Shown here: one piece after another, positions 36,651 through 47,403 of the stretch
How positions within the stretch are numbered: the stretch's first letter is position 1
Layout: every line of letters starts with the position of its first letter
Origin: an uncultured Gammaproteobacteria bacterium
GTDB taxonomy: Bacteria > Patescibacteriota > Microgenomatia > Levybacterales > GWA1-39-11
Reading direction: 5' to 3'
Assembly (NCBI GenBank): GCA_964427615.1
Contig: CAYRUR010000002.1
Coordinates: 17,847-81,846 of the forward strand
DNA length: 64,000 nucleotides
Made by a program: the position numbers and the translations under genes
The notes under the pieces: generated by a model
Database searches by the model: none
What the model was told of the DNA's origin: nothing
The model's input: only the letters and a program-made list of their open reading frames with translations

Positions 36651-38048
36651 TTATACTCTTCTTACTACTTTTACTCCTTTTTTCGTATCTTTTAGAAGAT
36701 ATCCTCTTTTCTCCACATCAGCTCGCAATTTATCTGCTGCTGAGAACATTTTATTTTTTCTCATATGCTCGCGCTGCTCTACCATTTGTATGATATCTCC
36801 TGGAATATTCGTCAATTCATGAGATTTCTCTTCTATAGAAAGACCCAAGACCTCATCCATTTTATATATTGTTACCCGTTTTACTGCATCAGTTAATTTA
36901 GGAGAACGAATCATCTCCCACATGACTGATATTGCTTTTGGCATATTCAAGTCGTTACTTACTGCATCTTGAAATTCCCGCTCAAAATCAATATCAGGAT
37001 ATACTCCTTCTACTTCCTCATCCTCCAAACCAGCCACCGCCTCATATAATCTATCAAGTGCAGCTTGTGCTCCTGTCAAAGACTCCCAGGTAAAATTCAT
37101 TTGTGCTCTGTAATGCGTCTGGAATGTCAGGTAGCGATATGCCAAAGGACTATACTTTTTTTTCTTGAGTCCCTCAATCGTGTACATATTGCCCTTTGAT
37201 TTAGACATTTTTTCACCGTTAACCAGCAAGTGTTCATGATGCACCCAGTACTTCACAAATTCCTGTCCTGTAGCAGCTTCAGATTGGGCAATTTCATTGG
37301 TGTGATGTACTGCAATATGGTCTACTCCACCTGTATGAATATCCAAAGTCAAACCCAAATATTTCATAGACATAGCAGAACACTCAAGATGCCAACCAGG
37401 AAAACCTTCTCCCCAGGGAGAATTCCAACGCAGAATATGATCTTTAAATTTTCCAACAGTAAAAAACCACAGAACAAAATCCTGCGGATTTCTTTTATTT
37501 GCATCCACATAAACCTCTTCTCTGGCACCCACCACTTCCTTACTCAAATCCTGACCTGAGAGCTTGTTATAATCCGCAAATTTTGAGACATCAAAATAAA
37601 TCGCCTGAGGTGTTTTGTAAGCATATCCTTTCTCAAACAGTGCTTCAACCAATGCTATCTGGTCCTCAATATGCTCTGTTGCACGGGGTACTACGGTAGG
37701 TCTTTTGATATTTACTGCATCCAAAGATTTGAAAAAATCTTCTTCAAAAAAACGAGCCAACTCTAATACATCTTTACCAAATTTTTTAGCTCCTTTTTCT
37801 AATTTATCCTCACCTACATCAGCATCAGAAGTCAGATGTCCTACGTCCGTAATATTCATAACATGACGTACAGAAAATCCATTTATTTCAAGTGCTCTGC
37901 GTAAAATATCGTCATTGATGAATTTACGCACATGTCCTATGTGTGTGTAGTCATACACCGTGGGCCCACACGCATACATCCGCACATCATCTGCGTCCAT
38001 TGGAGTAAATTCCTGGATCGTTCGGGTTAAAGTGTTATAAAGCCTCAT
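36651..38048 (-). CDS. cysS: cysteine--tRNA ligase
   Basis: [13 protein letters not shown] (HIGH motif) and KMSKS ('EKMSKSKGN'). Confidence 0.9.
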   Translation of the reverse strand: MRLYNTLTRTIQEFTPMDADDVRMYACGPTVYDYTHIGHVRKFINDDILRRALEINGFSVRHVMNITDVGHLTSDADVGEDKLEKGAKKFGKDVLELARFFEEDFFKSLDAVNIKRPTVVPRATEHIEDQIALVEALFEKGYAYKTPQAIYFDVSKFADYNKLSGQDLSKEVVGAREEVYVDANKRNPQDFVLWFFTVGKFKDHILRWNSPWGEGFPGWHLECSAMSMKYLGLTLDIHTGGVDHIAVHHTNEIAQSEAATGQEFVKYWVHHEHLLVNGEKMSKSKGNMYTIEGLKKKKYSPLAYRYLTFQTHYRAQMNFTWESLTGAQAALDRLYEAVAGLEDEEVEGVYPDIDFEREFQDAVSNDLNMPKAISVMWEMIRSPKLTDAVKRVTIYKMDEVLGLSIEEKSHELTNIPGDIIQMVEQREHMRKNKMFSAADKLRADVEKRGYLLKDTKKGVKVVRRV

Positions 38049-38208
38049 ATGTGCTCCATTGTACCAAAATAAGGAGTAAGAAGTAAGTAGTAAGTATATT
38101 ACTCTAAACTTAAATGCTAAAATCAGAATCTTAATTCATCATCCTGCTATTACCAATTCCTTACACACTTATCACAAAAAGCATATAAATGAGTCTTATA
38201 GTCAAAAT

Positions 38209-38508
38209 ATGGTTTTAGCATTACTCATCATTCTTATTATCCTCTGGTTTTTTGGATTTATACCTTTTGCTCTTTTCCAAACACCTCTTTTTACCCTTAA
38301 TGGTAACACTATAACTCTCTACGAGTTACTTATATTTGGAGTCGTATTATGGCTTATTGGACTTCTCCCCAGTCCTTTACGAGAGATAGGAGCTGTTCTT
38401 TTACTTTTGTGGGTTCTATCTGTTCTAGGATTTTTAGCTATTGGAGGACTTTCTCAAATCCTTATTATTGCTATTATTTTAGGAGTAATTGTTTCCCTCT
38501 TTTCGTAG
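38209..38508 (+). CDS. small integral membrane protein
   Basis: 99 aa, three hydrophobic helices. Confidence 0.5.
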   Translation: MVLALLIILIILWFFGFIPFALFQTPLFTLNGNTITLYELLIFGVVLWLIGLLPSPLREIGAVLLLLWVLSVLGFLAIGGLSQILIIAIILGVIVSLFS

Positions 38509-38534
38509 TTTTTACTAGCAAGTAAGGACAGTTT

Positions 38535-39824
38535 TTATTTCTTCAATAATTCCTGAATAGCAGCATTGAGTTGATTATCATAGGTCATCTGAGCACTTTT
38601 TGAAGCATCAAATTTCACTTCCAAATCAGGTTTTAATCCCTCTTTATGCACCCACGTACCGTTTGGAGTTAACCACTTTGCAATAGAAATGTGTACACTA
38701 GCGCCATTCTCTACATCAACTGCTTGCTGAATCGTTCCTTTTCCAAAACTCTTTTCACCAAGAAGCGTTGCTCGTTCATGATCTCTCAATGCACCTGATA
38801 CAATTTCAGAAGCAGAAGCAGAACCACCATTTATCAGTACAATAAGCGGATAATCAAGCAAAAGACCTTCTCGTTCCACTGACATCTTCAGCACTTCTCC
38901 TTCACCATTCTCCTGCATTACCACCACATTTCCCTTCTTTAAGAATTCTGAGGCAATAAATACAGCATCAGTCATGTATCCCCCAGGATTGTTACGAAGA
39001 TCTAAGATAACTCCCTTAAAATCTTGTGAAGCTCTCATCTGAGGATAAAGTTTGTTAATATGAGTAATCCATTCATTATTTGTTCTATCACCAAATTGAG
39101 AAAGTCTTACATAAGCAACACTTCCCTGCCCCTCTCCTTTTTTCGCATCAGCACACTTTTCATCATTACAATTGATTTCCTTTATCCAAGAACGTACAGA
39201 ATCGATTTTGATAACATCTCGTTTTATTTTGATATCAACAGGAGCTTTAGCTTCTTTATGTAGAATTGATAAGGTTACGGTACTCCCTTTTGGACCTCTA
39301 ATGGTATCAACTGCTTTATCAAGAGTCCAACCAAAGGTCTCTTTCCCATCAACTTTCAAAATAAGATCCCCATTTTGAATGCCAGCAGCCTTTGCTGGAG
39401 ATCCATCAAGGGGAGCAATGATCATAATGCGATTTTCGGGTGACATACTCAGCTCAGCTCCTATCCCACTGAATTCACCTGCAAGTTGCGTTTTGAAATC
39501 TTTATTTTCTTTTGGAGGGAAAAAAGAAGTATATGGATCATCAAGGCTAGAAAGCATACCTTGAATAGCTCCATATAGCAATTTTTGAGAATCTATTTTG
39601 CTTTTATCATAATAATCTCTCTCGACTCTTGCCAAAACGTCATAAAAAAGACCCATATCAAGATTCTGACCTGGAGGAGGATTTTTTGACTGAACATCAA
39701 CAATAGGCTGATAATTTTTCCAGGCAAAAGCAATCTTGTTGGTACCAAAAAAGTATCCACCTAGGATAGCTATTGCAATGACAAGCAAAAGCTGGAAAAC
39801 ATTGAGAGAAAGTTTTTTCTTCAT
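38535..39824 (-). CDS. ctpA: S41 family C-terminal processing peptidase
   Basis: PDZ domain followed by the S41 catalytic region (LINGGSASASEIVSGAL). N-terminal TM. Confidence 0.8.
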   Translation of the reverse strand: MKKKLSLNVFQLLLVIAIAILGGYFFGTNKIAFAWKNYQPIVDVQSKNPPPGQNLDMGLFYDVLARVERDYYDKSKIDSQKLLYGAIQGMLSSLDDPYTSFFPPKENKDFKTQLAGEFSGIGAELSMSPENRIMIIAPLDGSPAKAAGIQNGDLILKVDGKETFGWTLDKAVDTIRGPKGSTVTLSILHKEAKAPVDIKIKRDVIKIDSVRSWIKEINCNDEKCADAKKGEGQGSVAYVRLSQFGDRTNNEWITHINKLYPQMRASQDFKGVILDLRNNPGGYMTDAVFIASEFLKKGNVVVMQENGEGEVLKMSVEREGLLLDYPLIVLINGGSASASEIVSGALRDHERATLLGEKSFGKGTIQQAVDVENGASVHISIAKWLTPNGTWVHKEGLKPDLEVKFDASKSAQMTYDNQLNAAIQELLKK

Positions 39825-40057
39825 TACTCAGGCTTTACAGTGTAGGGCAATAATGCCAGATAGCGAGCCCTTTTAATTGCGGTTGTCAGCTTTCTTTGAT
39901 TTTTTGCAGAAAGTCCTGTACGAGAACGAGGTAGTATTTTACCTCTTTCACTTACAAATTTTGTCAACAACTCATATTCCAGAAAATCTGGTTCTTTATC
40001 TTTGTAAATAGTATCTACTTTTTGTTCTTGTTTTGCTGTTCTTCGTGTTGTTCTCAT
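39824..40057 (-). CDS. rpsR: 30S ribosomal protein S18
   Basis: [42 protein letters not shown]. Confidence 0.9.
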   Translation of the reverse strand: MRTTRRTAKQEQKVDTIYKDKEPDFLEYELLTKFVSERGKILPRSRTGLSAKNQRKLTTAIKRARYLALLPYTVKPE

Positions 40058-40072
40058 AAGTATCTATTAAAA

Positions 40073-40555
40073 TTAAAATGGAATATCATCAAGACTTATA
40101 TCTTCTGACTCATCTGATTTTGCCATCTTTTCCTTTTTTTCTCTTTTTTCGCCTTCTTCTCTTGGAGATTCCTCTTCAGCAGTATCTTCTGCTACGTATT
40201 CACCATCATCTCCAGCCCCTTTCTTGCTATCTAAAATCAACATATCGTTGATAATAATCTCTGTTGTTGTCCTTTGTGCTCCATCCTGTCCAGTCCAATT
40301 TCGAGTAGAGATTCTTCCTTCAACATATACTTTTCTTCCTTTTGTTAACAGTTGTGAACATAGCTCAGCTAATTTATTCCAAGCTACAATTCTATGGAAT
40401 TCAGTATCTTCCTTCTTTTCTCCTGAATCCGTAGTCCATCCACGATTGGTAGCAATACCAAACGTACAAACCGCAGTACCCTGTGGTGTGTATCTTAACT
40501 CTGGATCACGTGTTAAATTACCAATTAACTCTACTCTATTTAAACTTCTTGCCAT
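40073..40555 (-). CDS. ssb: single-stranded DNA-binding protein
   Basis: OB-fold N-terminus. Acidic tail ending DDIPF. Confidence 0.9.
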   Translation of the reverse strand: MARSLNRVELIGNLTRDPELRYTPQGTAVCTFGIATNRGWTTDSGEKKEDTEFHRIVAWNKLAELCSQLLTKGRKVYVEGRISTRNWTGQDGAQRTTTEIIINDMLILDSKKGAGDDGEYVAEDTAEEESPREEGEKREKKEKMAKSDESEDISLDDIPF

Positions 40556-40556
40556 A

Positions 40557-40829
40557 TTAGTCTCTTATTAATAAATGTCTTAAGACAGATTCCTGTAACT
40601 GAACCTTCTTTTCTAGGTCATCTGCTACTTTCTCAGATGTAAAACTGTACAGTACATAATCTCCTTTTTTCTCTCGGTTAATTGGATAAGCAAGCTTTTT
40701 TTCACCGAGCTCTTTTATTTCACCCTTTTCTACTTCTCCAGCCCATTTCTGGACGTCATCCAAGAGTGTTTTCTTTTTTTCTTTTGACAATTCACTTTTT
40801 AAAAGTAATACCAATCTATAATTTCTCAT
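40557..40829 (-). CDS. rpsF: 30S ribosomal protein S6
   Basis: ORF-track start 40841 is a TTG. The ATG at 40829 gives MRNYRLVLLL..., a typical S6 N-terminus. Confidence 0.85.
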   Translation of the reverse strand: MRNYRLVLLLKSELSKEKKKTLLDDVQKWAGEVEKGEIKELGEKKLAYPINREKKGDYVLYSFTSEKVADDLEKKVQLQESVLRHLLIRD

Positions 40830-40907
40830 ATATAAATGCAAATTAGTTTCTCCTTATGATACAAAACAACACCTAAAAATACAAGAGCTAATTTGCAATG
40901 ACCAAAA

Positions 40908-41068
40908 GTGAGTATTAAGTATTACTGAAAACTTAAATCGCAAAACGAAAAGCGCAAAACTAAAACGTAAATCTAAAAATTATTCTAGCAACTATAAATT
41001 CTTAATTCCTGATTCATAATTCTTAATTCATTTCTCTAACCCGTTAACTAACTCTAATAACTAATCCC
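40908..41068. repeat. composite intergenic word-repeat element in the rpsF / htrA divergent region
   Basis: gagtattaagtatta...caaaacgaaaagcgcaaaac...cttaattcctgattcataattcttaattc...ctctaacccgttaactaactc. Confidence 0.55.
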
Positions 41069-41118
41069 TTCCTTATTGATTGACAGTGAAGCCAGAGAGG
41101 AATACAATAAAACTACAG

Positions 41119-42285
41119 ATGGCTATGAAAAGGATGATGATACTCTTAGTAGTACTTATCGGCATACTTGCCGTTATCCAATATGCGCCTCTTGTGTCAA
41201 ATATCTTCCAACAGAATGCTCCGCTTCCCCCTCTTTTTGAAGAACAGCAACCAAACAATACAGGTAATGTTGATGGGACACAGGGAGTCGTTGCAACAGT
41301 CAAAAAAGTAGGACCTGCAGTCGTTACCATTGGGGTAGAATCAAAACCGCAAACCACTACGCCCTTTGAAGATGATCCCTTTTCTTTCTTTTTTGGTCCG
41401 CCTATTCCACCACCCTCTGATACCACTCCCACTGAAGAATATATAGGGTCTGGTTTTATTATTCAAAAAGATGGGCTCATAGTTACTAATAAACACGTTG
41501 TCTCTGACCCTAATACCACCTATTTTATAGTTGATAATAAAGGCAATAAATTTAACATCAGCAAAATATACAGAGATCCTTTAAATGATATCGCCATGCT
41601 GAGCGTTGATAATGCGCCTCTTGGTGGTTTTCCCGTTGCACAATTAGGTGATTCTTCAAATCTGGAAGTCGGCCAATTTGTCATAGCTATCGGTACAGCC
41701 TTGGGAGAGTTCAGAAATACCGTAACCACAGGGGTTATTTCAGGTCTTGGCAGAGGTATTACGGCAGGCAGTCCTCTTGCTGGATTTGTAGAGAGACTTG
41801 ATAATGTTATCCAAACAGATGCGGCAATCAATCCGGGTAATTCAGGAGGACCACTCCTGAATGCATCAGGACAAGTTATTGGGGTAAATACCGCAGTAGC
41901 CAGTCAAGGAGAAAACATCGGATTTGCGATTCCTATTAATGCTATTAAAGAGTCTCTCAGAAATTTTAATGAAACTGGTCAATTTAATCGTGCATTTTTA
42001 GGGGTATCCTACTCTATGATCAACCCTCGTACAGCCCAACTCAATGATGTACCACAAGGTGCATTAGTACGAGAGGTTATTCCTGACTCTGCAGCTGCTA
42101 AAGCTGGTATCCAGGTAGGAGATATCATCACCAAAATGGAAGGTCAAGAACTCACAGATGAAGAAGGAGGTATCGCAGCTATTATTGCGAAGAAAAAAAT
42201 AGGAGACACCCTTTCTCTTACAGTATTTCGAGACAATAAATCTATAGAGCTTAAAGCTACTCTCGGACCAGCTCCAAATCAGTAA
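41119..42285 (+). CDS. htrA: HtrA/DegP-family trypsin-like serine protease with PDZ domain
   Basis: GNSGGPL (Ser motif), TNKHVV (His region), C-terminal PDZ. ORF-track start 41080 is a TTG; the ATG at 41119 (MAMKRMM...) gives a signal anchor. The start is uncertain. Confidence 0.75.
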   Translation: MAMKRMMILLVVLIGILAVIQYAPLVSNIFQQNAPLPPLFEEQQPNNTGNVDGTQGVVATVKKVGPAVVTIGVESKPQTTTPFEDDPFSFFFGPPIPPPSDTTPTEEYIGSGFIIQKDGLIVTNKHVVSDPNTTYFIVDNKGNKFNISKIYRDPLNDIAMLSVDNAPLGGFPVAQLGDSSNLEVGQFVIAIGTALGEFRNTVTTGVISGLGRGITAGSPLAGFVERLDNVIQTDAAINPGNSGGPLLNASGQVIGVNTAVASQGENIGFAIPINAIKESLRNFNETGQFNRAFLGVSYSMINPRTAQLNDVPQGALVREVIPDSAAAKAGIQVGDIITKMEGQELTDEEGGIAAIIAKKKIGDTLSLTVFRDNKSIELKATLGPAPNQ

Positions 42286-43501
42286 TAGCAGACGATACCG
42301 CTGTATGAGCTGCTAAATACATGGCCATATTCCATGACTGATTTGCGACACCCATAGGCGTTCCATGCTGTCCATGTAAATACTCGTTAAATTCCCAGCC
42401 AAACAGCTTGTTAGCTTCTGCAAGACGTATCAGTTCTTTTTGTGCTAATTCTTTATCAGATTGTGCAAGCCACATTACCCAAAATCCTCCAATAAATGGC
42501 CAAATACCTCCATTATGATACTGCCAAGGATAATTTTGCCTTCCTTTTGTCATATACTCTTTAAAATCCTGCTCTCCTGGATAAATAGGAGGATACATTG
42601 CCTTTACAGGATATGGTAAATTGGTACCCGAACGCAAAATAAAGTCGGTGATGAGTTTTGCTTGTCCTTTATCTGCTAATCCTACGAGACACGCTAAAAT
42701 ATTACCAAAGACCTCACACCGCATCTCAAAGTCTTTATGAGATACGTAACCAATGTAATATGGTAAATACACTGCCTTTGTGTTGATATACTCTATCCAT
42801 TGTTTTGCATGACGAGATGTCTGAGTGTAACTATTATCAGGAATGTAGGAAAAGTTACTACTGGTGCCTTTACGTATCCAAAAAAGCGTGTTAAAAGCAG
42901 TATGAATTTTCTGTAAAAGAGGTTCCAAATCATGACGTCTTTCTACCTCAATACGCAATTTTACGAGCCAATACCAGATAGCATTGGTATACAAAACGGT
43001 CCCTCTGCGAGGCATTTCATCTGCCCAATCAGCAGCTTCACCTTGTTCTAATAAATTATCATTATTAACGTCTTGATATGAAAGCCAAATAAATGCTTTT
43101 TCTAATTGTTCTTTATATTGGCTATAAAAATGTTCATCTTTTGTCTGGTCTACATATTGCAAAACCGCTATACTCCACCAGATGGTTCCATCAATAGAAC
43201 CGCTACTCCTCCACTGCACCTCTTTTTTTTCTGGTTTGTAGTCAAAAGGAATTTGCCCATTGGCAGCTTGTGCTTCTGCTAGTGTAGCAAGCGATGTTTT
43301 TAAGACCTGTATTAACTCCTCATTTTTTGATGCAAGTATCCCCAGAGAAGAGACACCAATATCACGGGTTACCAATGCATCGTAGTTTTTTTTTGTTCCT
43401 TCAGAGTTAGCAGAGGCTGCTATAAGTCCAAATTTGGTACTATTTTGCAGCAGTTTTTGTATTGCTTTTGCATAACACTCAGAAGTTATCTGTGGTTGCA
43501 T
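42257..43501 (-). CDS. (alpha/alpha)6-barrel glycoside hydrolase, glycogen-debranching (amylo-alpha-1,6-glucosidase, GDE_C)-like
   Basis: 414 aa. Overall similarity to the GDE C-terminal / GH15-like six-hairpin fold. Convergent 29-nt overlap with htrA. Confidence 0.45.
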   Translation of the reverse strand: MQPQITSECYAKAIQKLLQNSTKFGLIAASANSEGTKKNYDALVTRDIGVSSLGILASKNEELIQVLKTSLATLAEAQAANGQIPFDYKPEKKEVQWRSSGSIDGTIWWSIAVLQYVDQTKDEHFYSQYKEQLEKAFIWLSYQDVNNDNLLEQGEAADWADEMPRRGTVLYTNAIWYWLVKLRIEVERRHDLEPLLQKIHTAFNTLFWIRKGTSSNFSYIPDNSYTQTSRHAKQWIEYINTKAVYLPYYIGYVSHKDFEMRCEVFGNILACLVGLADKGQAKLITDFILRSGTNLPYPVKAMYPPIYPGEQDFKEYMTKGRQNYPWQYHNGGIWPFIGGFWVMWLAQSDKELAQKELIRLAEANKLFGWEFNEYLHGQHGTPMGVANQSWNMAMYLAAHTAVSSAITDLELVRE

Positions 43502-43625
43502 ATCTTTTATCTATACTAACAAAAAAGCTTCTGTATGGTAAGTAGCAATTATCTTTCTTTTTTTCTCGACAATTACCGTATTATAAGATTGCTCTTTTAC
43601 TTTTTTTTACATATAATAGCCTTAC

Positions 43626-44918
43626 ATGCACCAACCGGTTATTGAGTCGTTGTATCCTTTAACCTTTAGAAAAAAAGATGCTTCATTATTAGGAGAACAT
43701 ATACGACTGCGCCATAGTGTAGAACTGGTAGGAGTAAAACGAGTAGGTATCAGCAATTTCTTACGCTTTTTCCTGTATCATCCACAAATAGTAAAAATAT
43801 ACATAGGACAAAAAAATCATCTCTTTATTCCCGTAGACCTTAACGACTTAATAGAAAGAGAAATCGTACCTTTCTGGACACTTACGTTTAAAAGAATGGT
43901 TGATGTGGTAGAAAAATCTACTCTAGACCCTACTATAAAACAAGCTATTTCTTCCCGATTTTTAGCAAGTATTCAAGCCCAAGATCATTTTTTAACTATG
44001 GAAAACATCCGAAGCTCTTTGATAGAGATGGTAAACGCGGGATTTTTCCCTACGCTGTTTTTACTACGATTTGACAGAATACAAGAAGCAGTTACCCCGG
44101 AGTTTTTTGATAATTTACAAGGACTACTTGATGCCACAGGACAAAATATGTCATATGTATTTACCAGTTTTCGCCCACTTGACCAAATTGCTCCTGTTGT
44201 TTTTCCTAGAAAATCACTTTCAGGCTTTTCTCACATTATGTATCTCACGTCTGCTTCAAAAAAAGATATGCAAATTATTTTAGAAACATTACAAAAACGA
44301 TATAGTCTTAATCTTTCTCCTAAAACAGAAACCACAATGCTTGATCTTGCCGGAGGACACGTTCAGTATTTGCATTTTTTCCTAGTTGTTTTACATGAAT
44401 TGGGAAAAGATATTAAAAGTACTGAAGAACTTATATCCATGTTAGAACAAGATGAACGCATTACTTTACAATCAGAAGAAATTTGGGAAAGTCTGTATAA
44501 AGAAGAACAAGCAGTACTCACAAAAGTCCTGAACAAGAAAGCAATCACCCAAAAGGAAAAAGAAGAAGCCATGTATTTATGGAACACAGGCATTCTTACG
44601 AGTGATAACGAATTTTCCAGCCCACTTTTCAGATCTTATGTACAAAAAAGAACTGACTTTGTTGAGGAGGAGACTATTGAATTTTCTAAAAAAGAATATC
44701 TACTTTTCAATCTTTTGAAAGAACATATTAATTCTGTGTGTGATAGAGACACGATCATCGCCAGAGTGTGGCAGGAATATGAAGAAACAGATGTCTCAGA
44801 TTGGACGATTGATAGACTCATAGCACGCCTGAGAAATAAACTAAAACAACAAAAAAGCCCCTACTCTATTATCACGATTAGAACAAGAGGATATAAATTG
44901 GTGAGATCTGCGGAATGA
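43626..44918 (+). CDS. transcriptional regulator with C-terminal OmpR/PhoB-type winged helix and N-terminal ATPase-like domain
   Basis: C-terminal 'ICDRDTIIARVWQ...TIDRLIARLRNKL...IRTRGYKL' is a trans_reg_C wHTH. No receiver domain. N-terminal ~300 aa is P-loop-like but degenerate. Confidence 0.55.
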   Translation: MHQPVIESLYPLTFRKKDASLLGEHIRLRHSVELVGVKRVGISNFLRFFLYHPQIVKIYIGQKNHLFIPVDLNDLIEREIVPFWTLTFKRMVDVVEKSTLDPTIKQAISSRFLASIQAQDHFLTMENIRSSLIEMVNAGFFPTLFLLRFDRIQEAVTPEFFDNLQGLLDATGQNMSYVFTSFRPLDQIAPVVFPRKSLSGFSHIMYLTSASKKDMQIILETLQKRYSLNLSPKTETTMLDLAGGHVQYLHFFLVVLHELGKDIKSTEELISMLEQDERITLQSEEIWESLYKEEQAVLTKVLNKKAITQKEKEEAMYLWNTGILTSDNEFSSPLFRSYVQKRTDFVEEETIEFSKKEYLLFNLLKEHINSVCDRDTIIARVWQEYEETDVSDWTIDRLIARLRNKLKQQKSPYSIITIRTRGYKLVRSAE

Positions 44919-44920
44919 TA

Positions 44921-45100
44921 GTAAGAATTATGAATTAAGAAGCAAGAGTTAAGTGTTTACTTAAAATGCTAAGCACTAAATCCTAAATTCTAAATTTTTG
45001 CTTTCTGTTCTCTGCTTTCCATACTTAATACTTACTACTTAATACTTTATACTAATCTCAAACTCGTTAACTCTTCAACTCGCAACCCGTTAACCAATTT
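44921..45100. repeat. composite intergenic word-repeat element
   Basis: taagaattatgaattaagaagcaag...ctaaatcctaaattctaaat...ttctgttctctgctttcc...aactcgttaactcttcaactcgcaacccgttaacc. Confidence 0.55.
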
Positions 45101-45145
45101 CCCTCCTCTTGCATCTTCTCAGTAAATCTTGCATACTAAAACCAT

Positions 45146-45547
45146 ATGGCAGATGGTCAGGGAATTGTTGGCAATATTGCCGGAAAAGTCGCTGAAACAG
45201 GTAAAGGAATTGCTACTGGTATAAAAAGCGAATTAGAAGAAAGCATAAAAACTACCACTACTCAAATCAGTGGTTCTCAGCCCAATGACCAACAAATGGC
45301 ACAAGCTAAAGCCCAAGAAGAAGCAAAAAAACAGCAAAGATTGAATGCTATCCGTTCTCAACTCCATCAGGAAGCGCTCATGATGGGAGTGTCAGCCCCT
45401 ACTCCTCAAGAAACACCACAAGAAGAAGAGAAATCATCACCAGGACTTTCTGAATTAGGCTCGCTTAGATCAGGAGGTCCTAAAAGAAATGTACTCCTAG
45501 AACAAACCCAAACCAGACGTGAAACAGGACGCAATTTCAAAGGATAA
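45146..45547 (+). CDS. hypothetical protein (Q/E/K-rich)
   Basis: 133 aa, low complexity, ATG start. Confidence 0.45.
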   Translation: MADGQGIVGNIAGKVAETGKGIATGIKSELEESIKTTTTQISGSQPNDQQMAQAKAQEEAKKQQRLNAIRSQLHQEALMMGVSAPTPQETPQEEEKSSPGLSELGSLRSGGPKRNVLLEQTQTRRETGRNFKG

Positions 45548-45626
45548 AGCCATACTCCATTTCCAAAATCCCACTATAAGCTCTCTGCTTGTGAAAATAG
45601 TGCAAAGATAGTATGATTATCCTATT

Positions 45627-46850
45627 ATGAAAACAAAAATTGAGCCAAGACTCTTAAAGGGATTCAGAGATTTTTTGCCTGAAAAAGCTCGTAAAAGACA
45701 GTATGTTATTAATACAGTAAGACAAGTATTTGAGTTTTATGGTTTTGAGCCGCTTGAGACCCCAACACTTGAGTATGAAGAAATCCTGGCAGGGAAGTAC
45801 GGTGAAGAAGGAGAAAAACTCATGTACCGCTTTCAAGATTCCGGAGACAGACGAGTTGCAATGCGTTATGACCAAACAGTGCCTTTGGCTCGTGTTGCTG
45901 CTCAATACAGAGAAACGCTTCCTCTCCCTTTCAAAAGATACCAAATCCAAAACGTTTTTAGAGCCGAAAATCCCCAAAAAGGACGCTTTCGGGAATTTCT
46001 ACAATGCGACATTGACATCGTAGGTATTAACTCTGCTCTTTCTGATGCAGAAATTTTGGCCACTGTTGCAGATACATACAGCGCGCTTGGATTTACTCAA
46101 TTCACAATTCTATTAAATGACAGAACAATTTTTGAAGGAATCCCTCCCGTAGCCATTACCATCATTGATAAATTGAAAAAAATAGGTGAAGACGCAGTCA
46201 AAACACAACTCAAAGAAAAAGGTCTTGATCCCGATCTCCTTGATACCATAAAACAAGCAAAACCCACCTCCCGAATTCAAGAAATAATGCGTATCCTTGC
46301 CAAACGAGGTATTGATAACAATCAAGTACGCTTTGAACCTACTCTTGCACGAGGACTTGATTACTACACGGGGGTTATTTTTGAGATAGAAATTGCAGGA
46401 TATACCGCCGGATCAGTTGGAGGAGGCGGAAGATATAATGAATTGCTTGGAATGTTCATGAACACTTCTTTGCCTGCTGTTGGTTTTGCCGTCGGCTTTG
46501 ACAGAACAGTAGAAGCCATGGAACAATTAGACCTTTTTCCAAAAGATCTTACTACTTCTCAAGTATTAGTTACTATATTTGACAAAACACTCACCGAAAA
46601 ATCACTGGAAATAGCCTACTTTTTGCGTTCTAGTGGTATCAATGCAGAAGTATATCTGGATGAAAATGCAAAAATGGAAAAACAACTCAAATACGCCAAT
46701 AAAAAAAATATTCCCTATGTAGTGATTATTGGACCAGACGAAGCAAATAAAAATGAGGCAACCATCAAAAACCTTACCACAGGACAACAAAAAACAATAC
46801 CTGAGGAGCAATTACTGGATGAAATAAGAACTGTTGGCGGAAAGGATTAA
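45627..46850 (+). CDS. hisS: histidine--tRNA ligase (class II)
   Basis: Class II motifs 1/2 (FRDFLP..., MYRF...RYDQT, FREFLQCDID) and a C-terminal anticodon-binding domain. Confidence 0.8.
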   Translation: MKTKIEPRLLKGFRDFLPEKARKRQYVINTVRQVFEFYGFEPLETPTLEYEEILAGKYGEEGEKLMYRFQDSGDRRVAMRYDQTVPLARVAAQYRETLPLPFKRYQIQNVFRAENPQKGRFREFLQCDIDIVGINSALSDAEILATVADTYSALGFTQFTILLNDRTIFEGIPPVAITIIDKLKKIGEDAVKTQLKEKGLDPDLLDTIKQAKPTSRIQEIMRILAKRGIDNNQVRFEPTLARGLDYYTGVIFEIEIAGYTAGSVGGGGRYNELLGMFMNTSLPAVGFAVGFDRTVEAMEQLDLFPKDLTTSQVLVTIFDKTLTEKSLEIAYFLRSSGINAEVYLDENAKMEKQLKYANKKNIPYVVIIGPDEANKNEATIKNLTTGQQKTIPEEQLLDEIRTVGGKD

Positions 46851-46875
46851 ATATAATTAAAAGCCTAATAGTAGG

Positions 46876-47343
46876 TTATTTTCCTCTAAAACGAGTTTGC
46901 AAATAACTTGATCCTGCCTCTACCACCTTCATCCTCCATGTATATGATTCATCTGAAAGAAACCTCCAATCGTAGTCTTCAAGTATCTCAAAAAAATCTT
47001 CTATATCTTCCTCCTCGCGTCCTTGAACACGGAAAAATGCTTCAAGCTGCAGCATCTCTCCCATGGAAATGGCCTCATCAGAAATCCCTAACTCATCTTT
47101 AAAGTAAGCCCTCATCCATTCAAATAACGCTGGATCTTCTACACTTATCAATCCTATCTCTCCAAATGCTGTGAGAATATCTTCTAATGGTTTATCCTCA
47201 GAAATCTTAAGATCTTCCAGCGTAATTCCTCGCACTTCGAGTGCTCTCGTAAGAGGAAAAGGGAAAATTCCTCTTTCATCATCTTCTGAGGTTTCTGTTT
47301 CGTCAAAAAATGACTCATCTATATAACGTGTGCCTTCTACCAT
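46876..47343 (-). CDS. acidic hypothetical protein
   Basis: 155 aa, Asp/Glu-rich. Confidence 0.45.
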   Translation of the reverse strand: MVEGTRYIDESFFDETETSEDDERGIFPFPLTRALEVRGITLEDLKISEDKPLEDILTAFGEIGLISVEDPALFEWMRAYFKDELGISDEAISMGEMLQLEAFFRVQGREEEDIEDFFEILEDYDWRFLSDESYTWRMKVVEAGSSYLQTRFRGK

Positions 47344-47366
47344 TTTTTACCTTTCCTTCCTACATA

Positions 47367-47395
47367 TTGTAATAAGAAGCATTTTCGAGTATAAT
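47367..47395 (+). promoter_or_regulatory. sigma70-like promoter TTGTAA-17-TATAAT placing the TSS at or next to the rpmE ATG (leaderless)
   Basis: The -10 element ends 8 nt before the ATG at 47404. No SD. Confidence 0.45.
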
Positions 47396-47403
47396 TGTAC
47401 CAT

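Noticed and set aside
41080-41118. TTG-initiated N-terminal extension of htrA (MTVKPERNTIKLQ)
   Set aside because: The ATG at 41119 gives a typical signal-anchor start (MAMKRMMILLVVLIG), and the extension overlaps the word-repeat element. Kept as uncertain rather than called.
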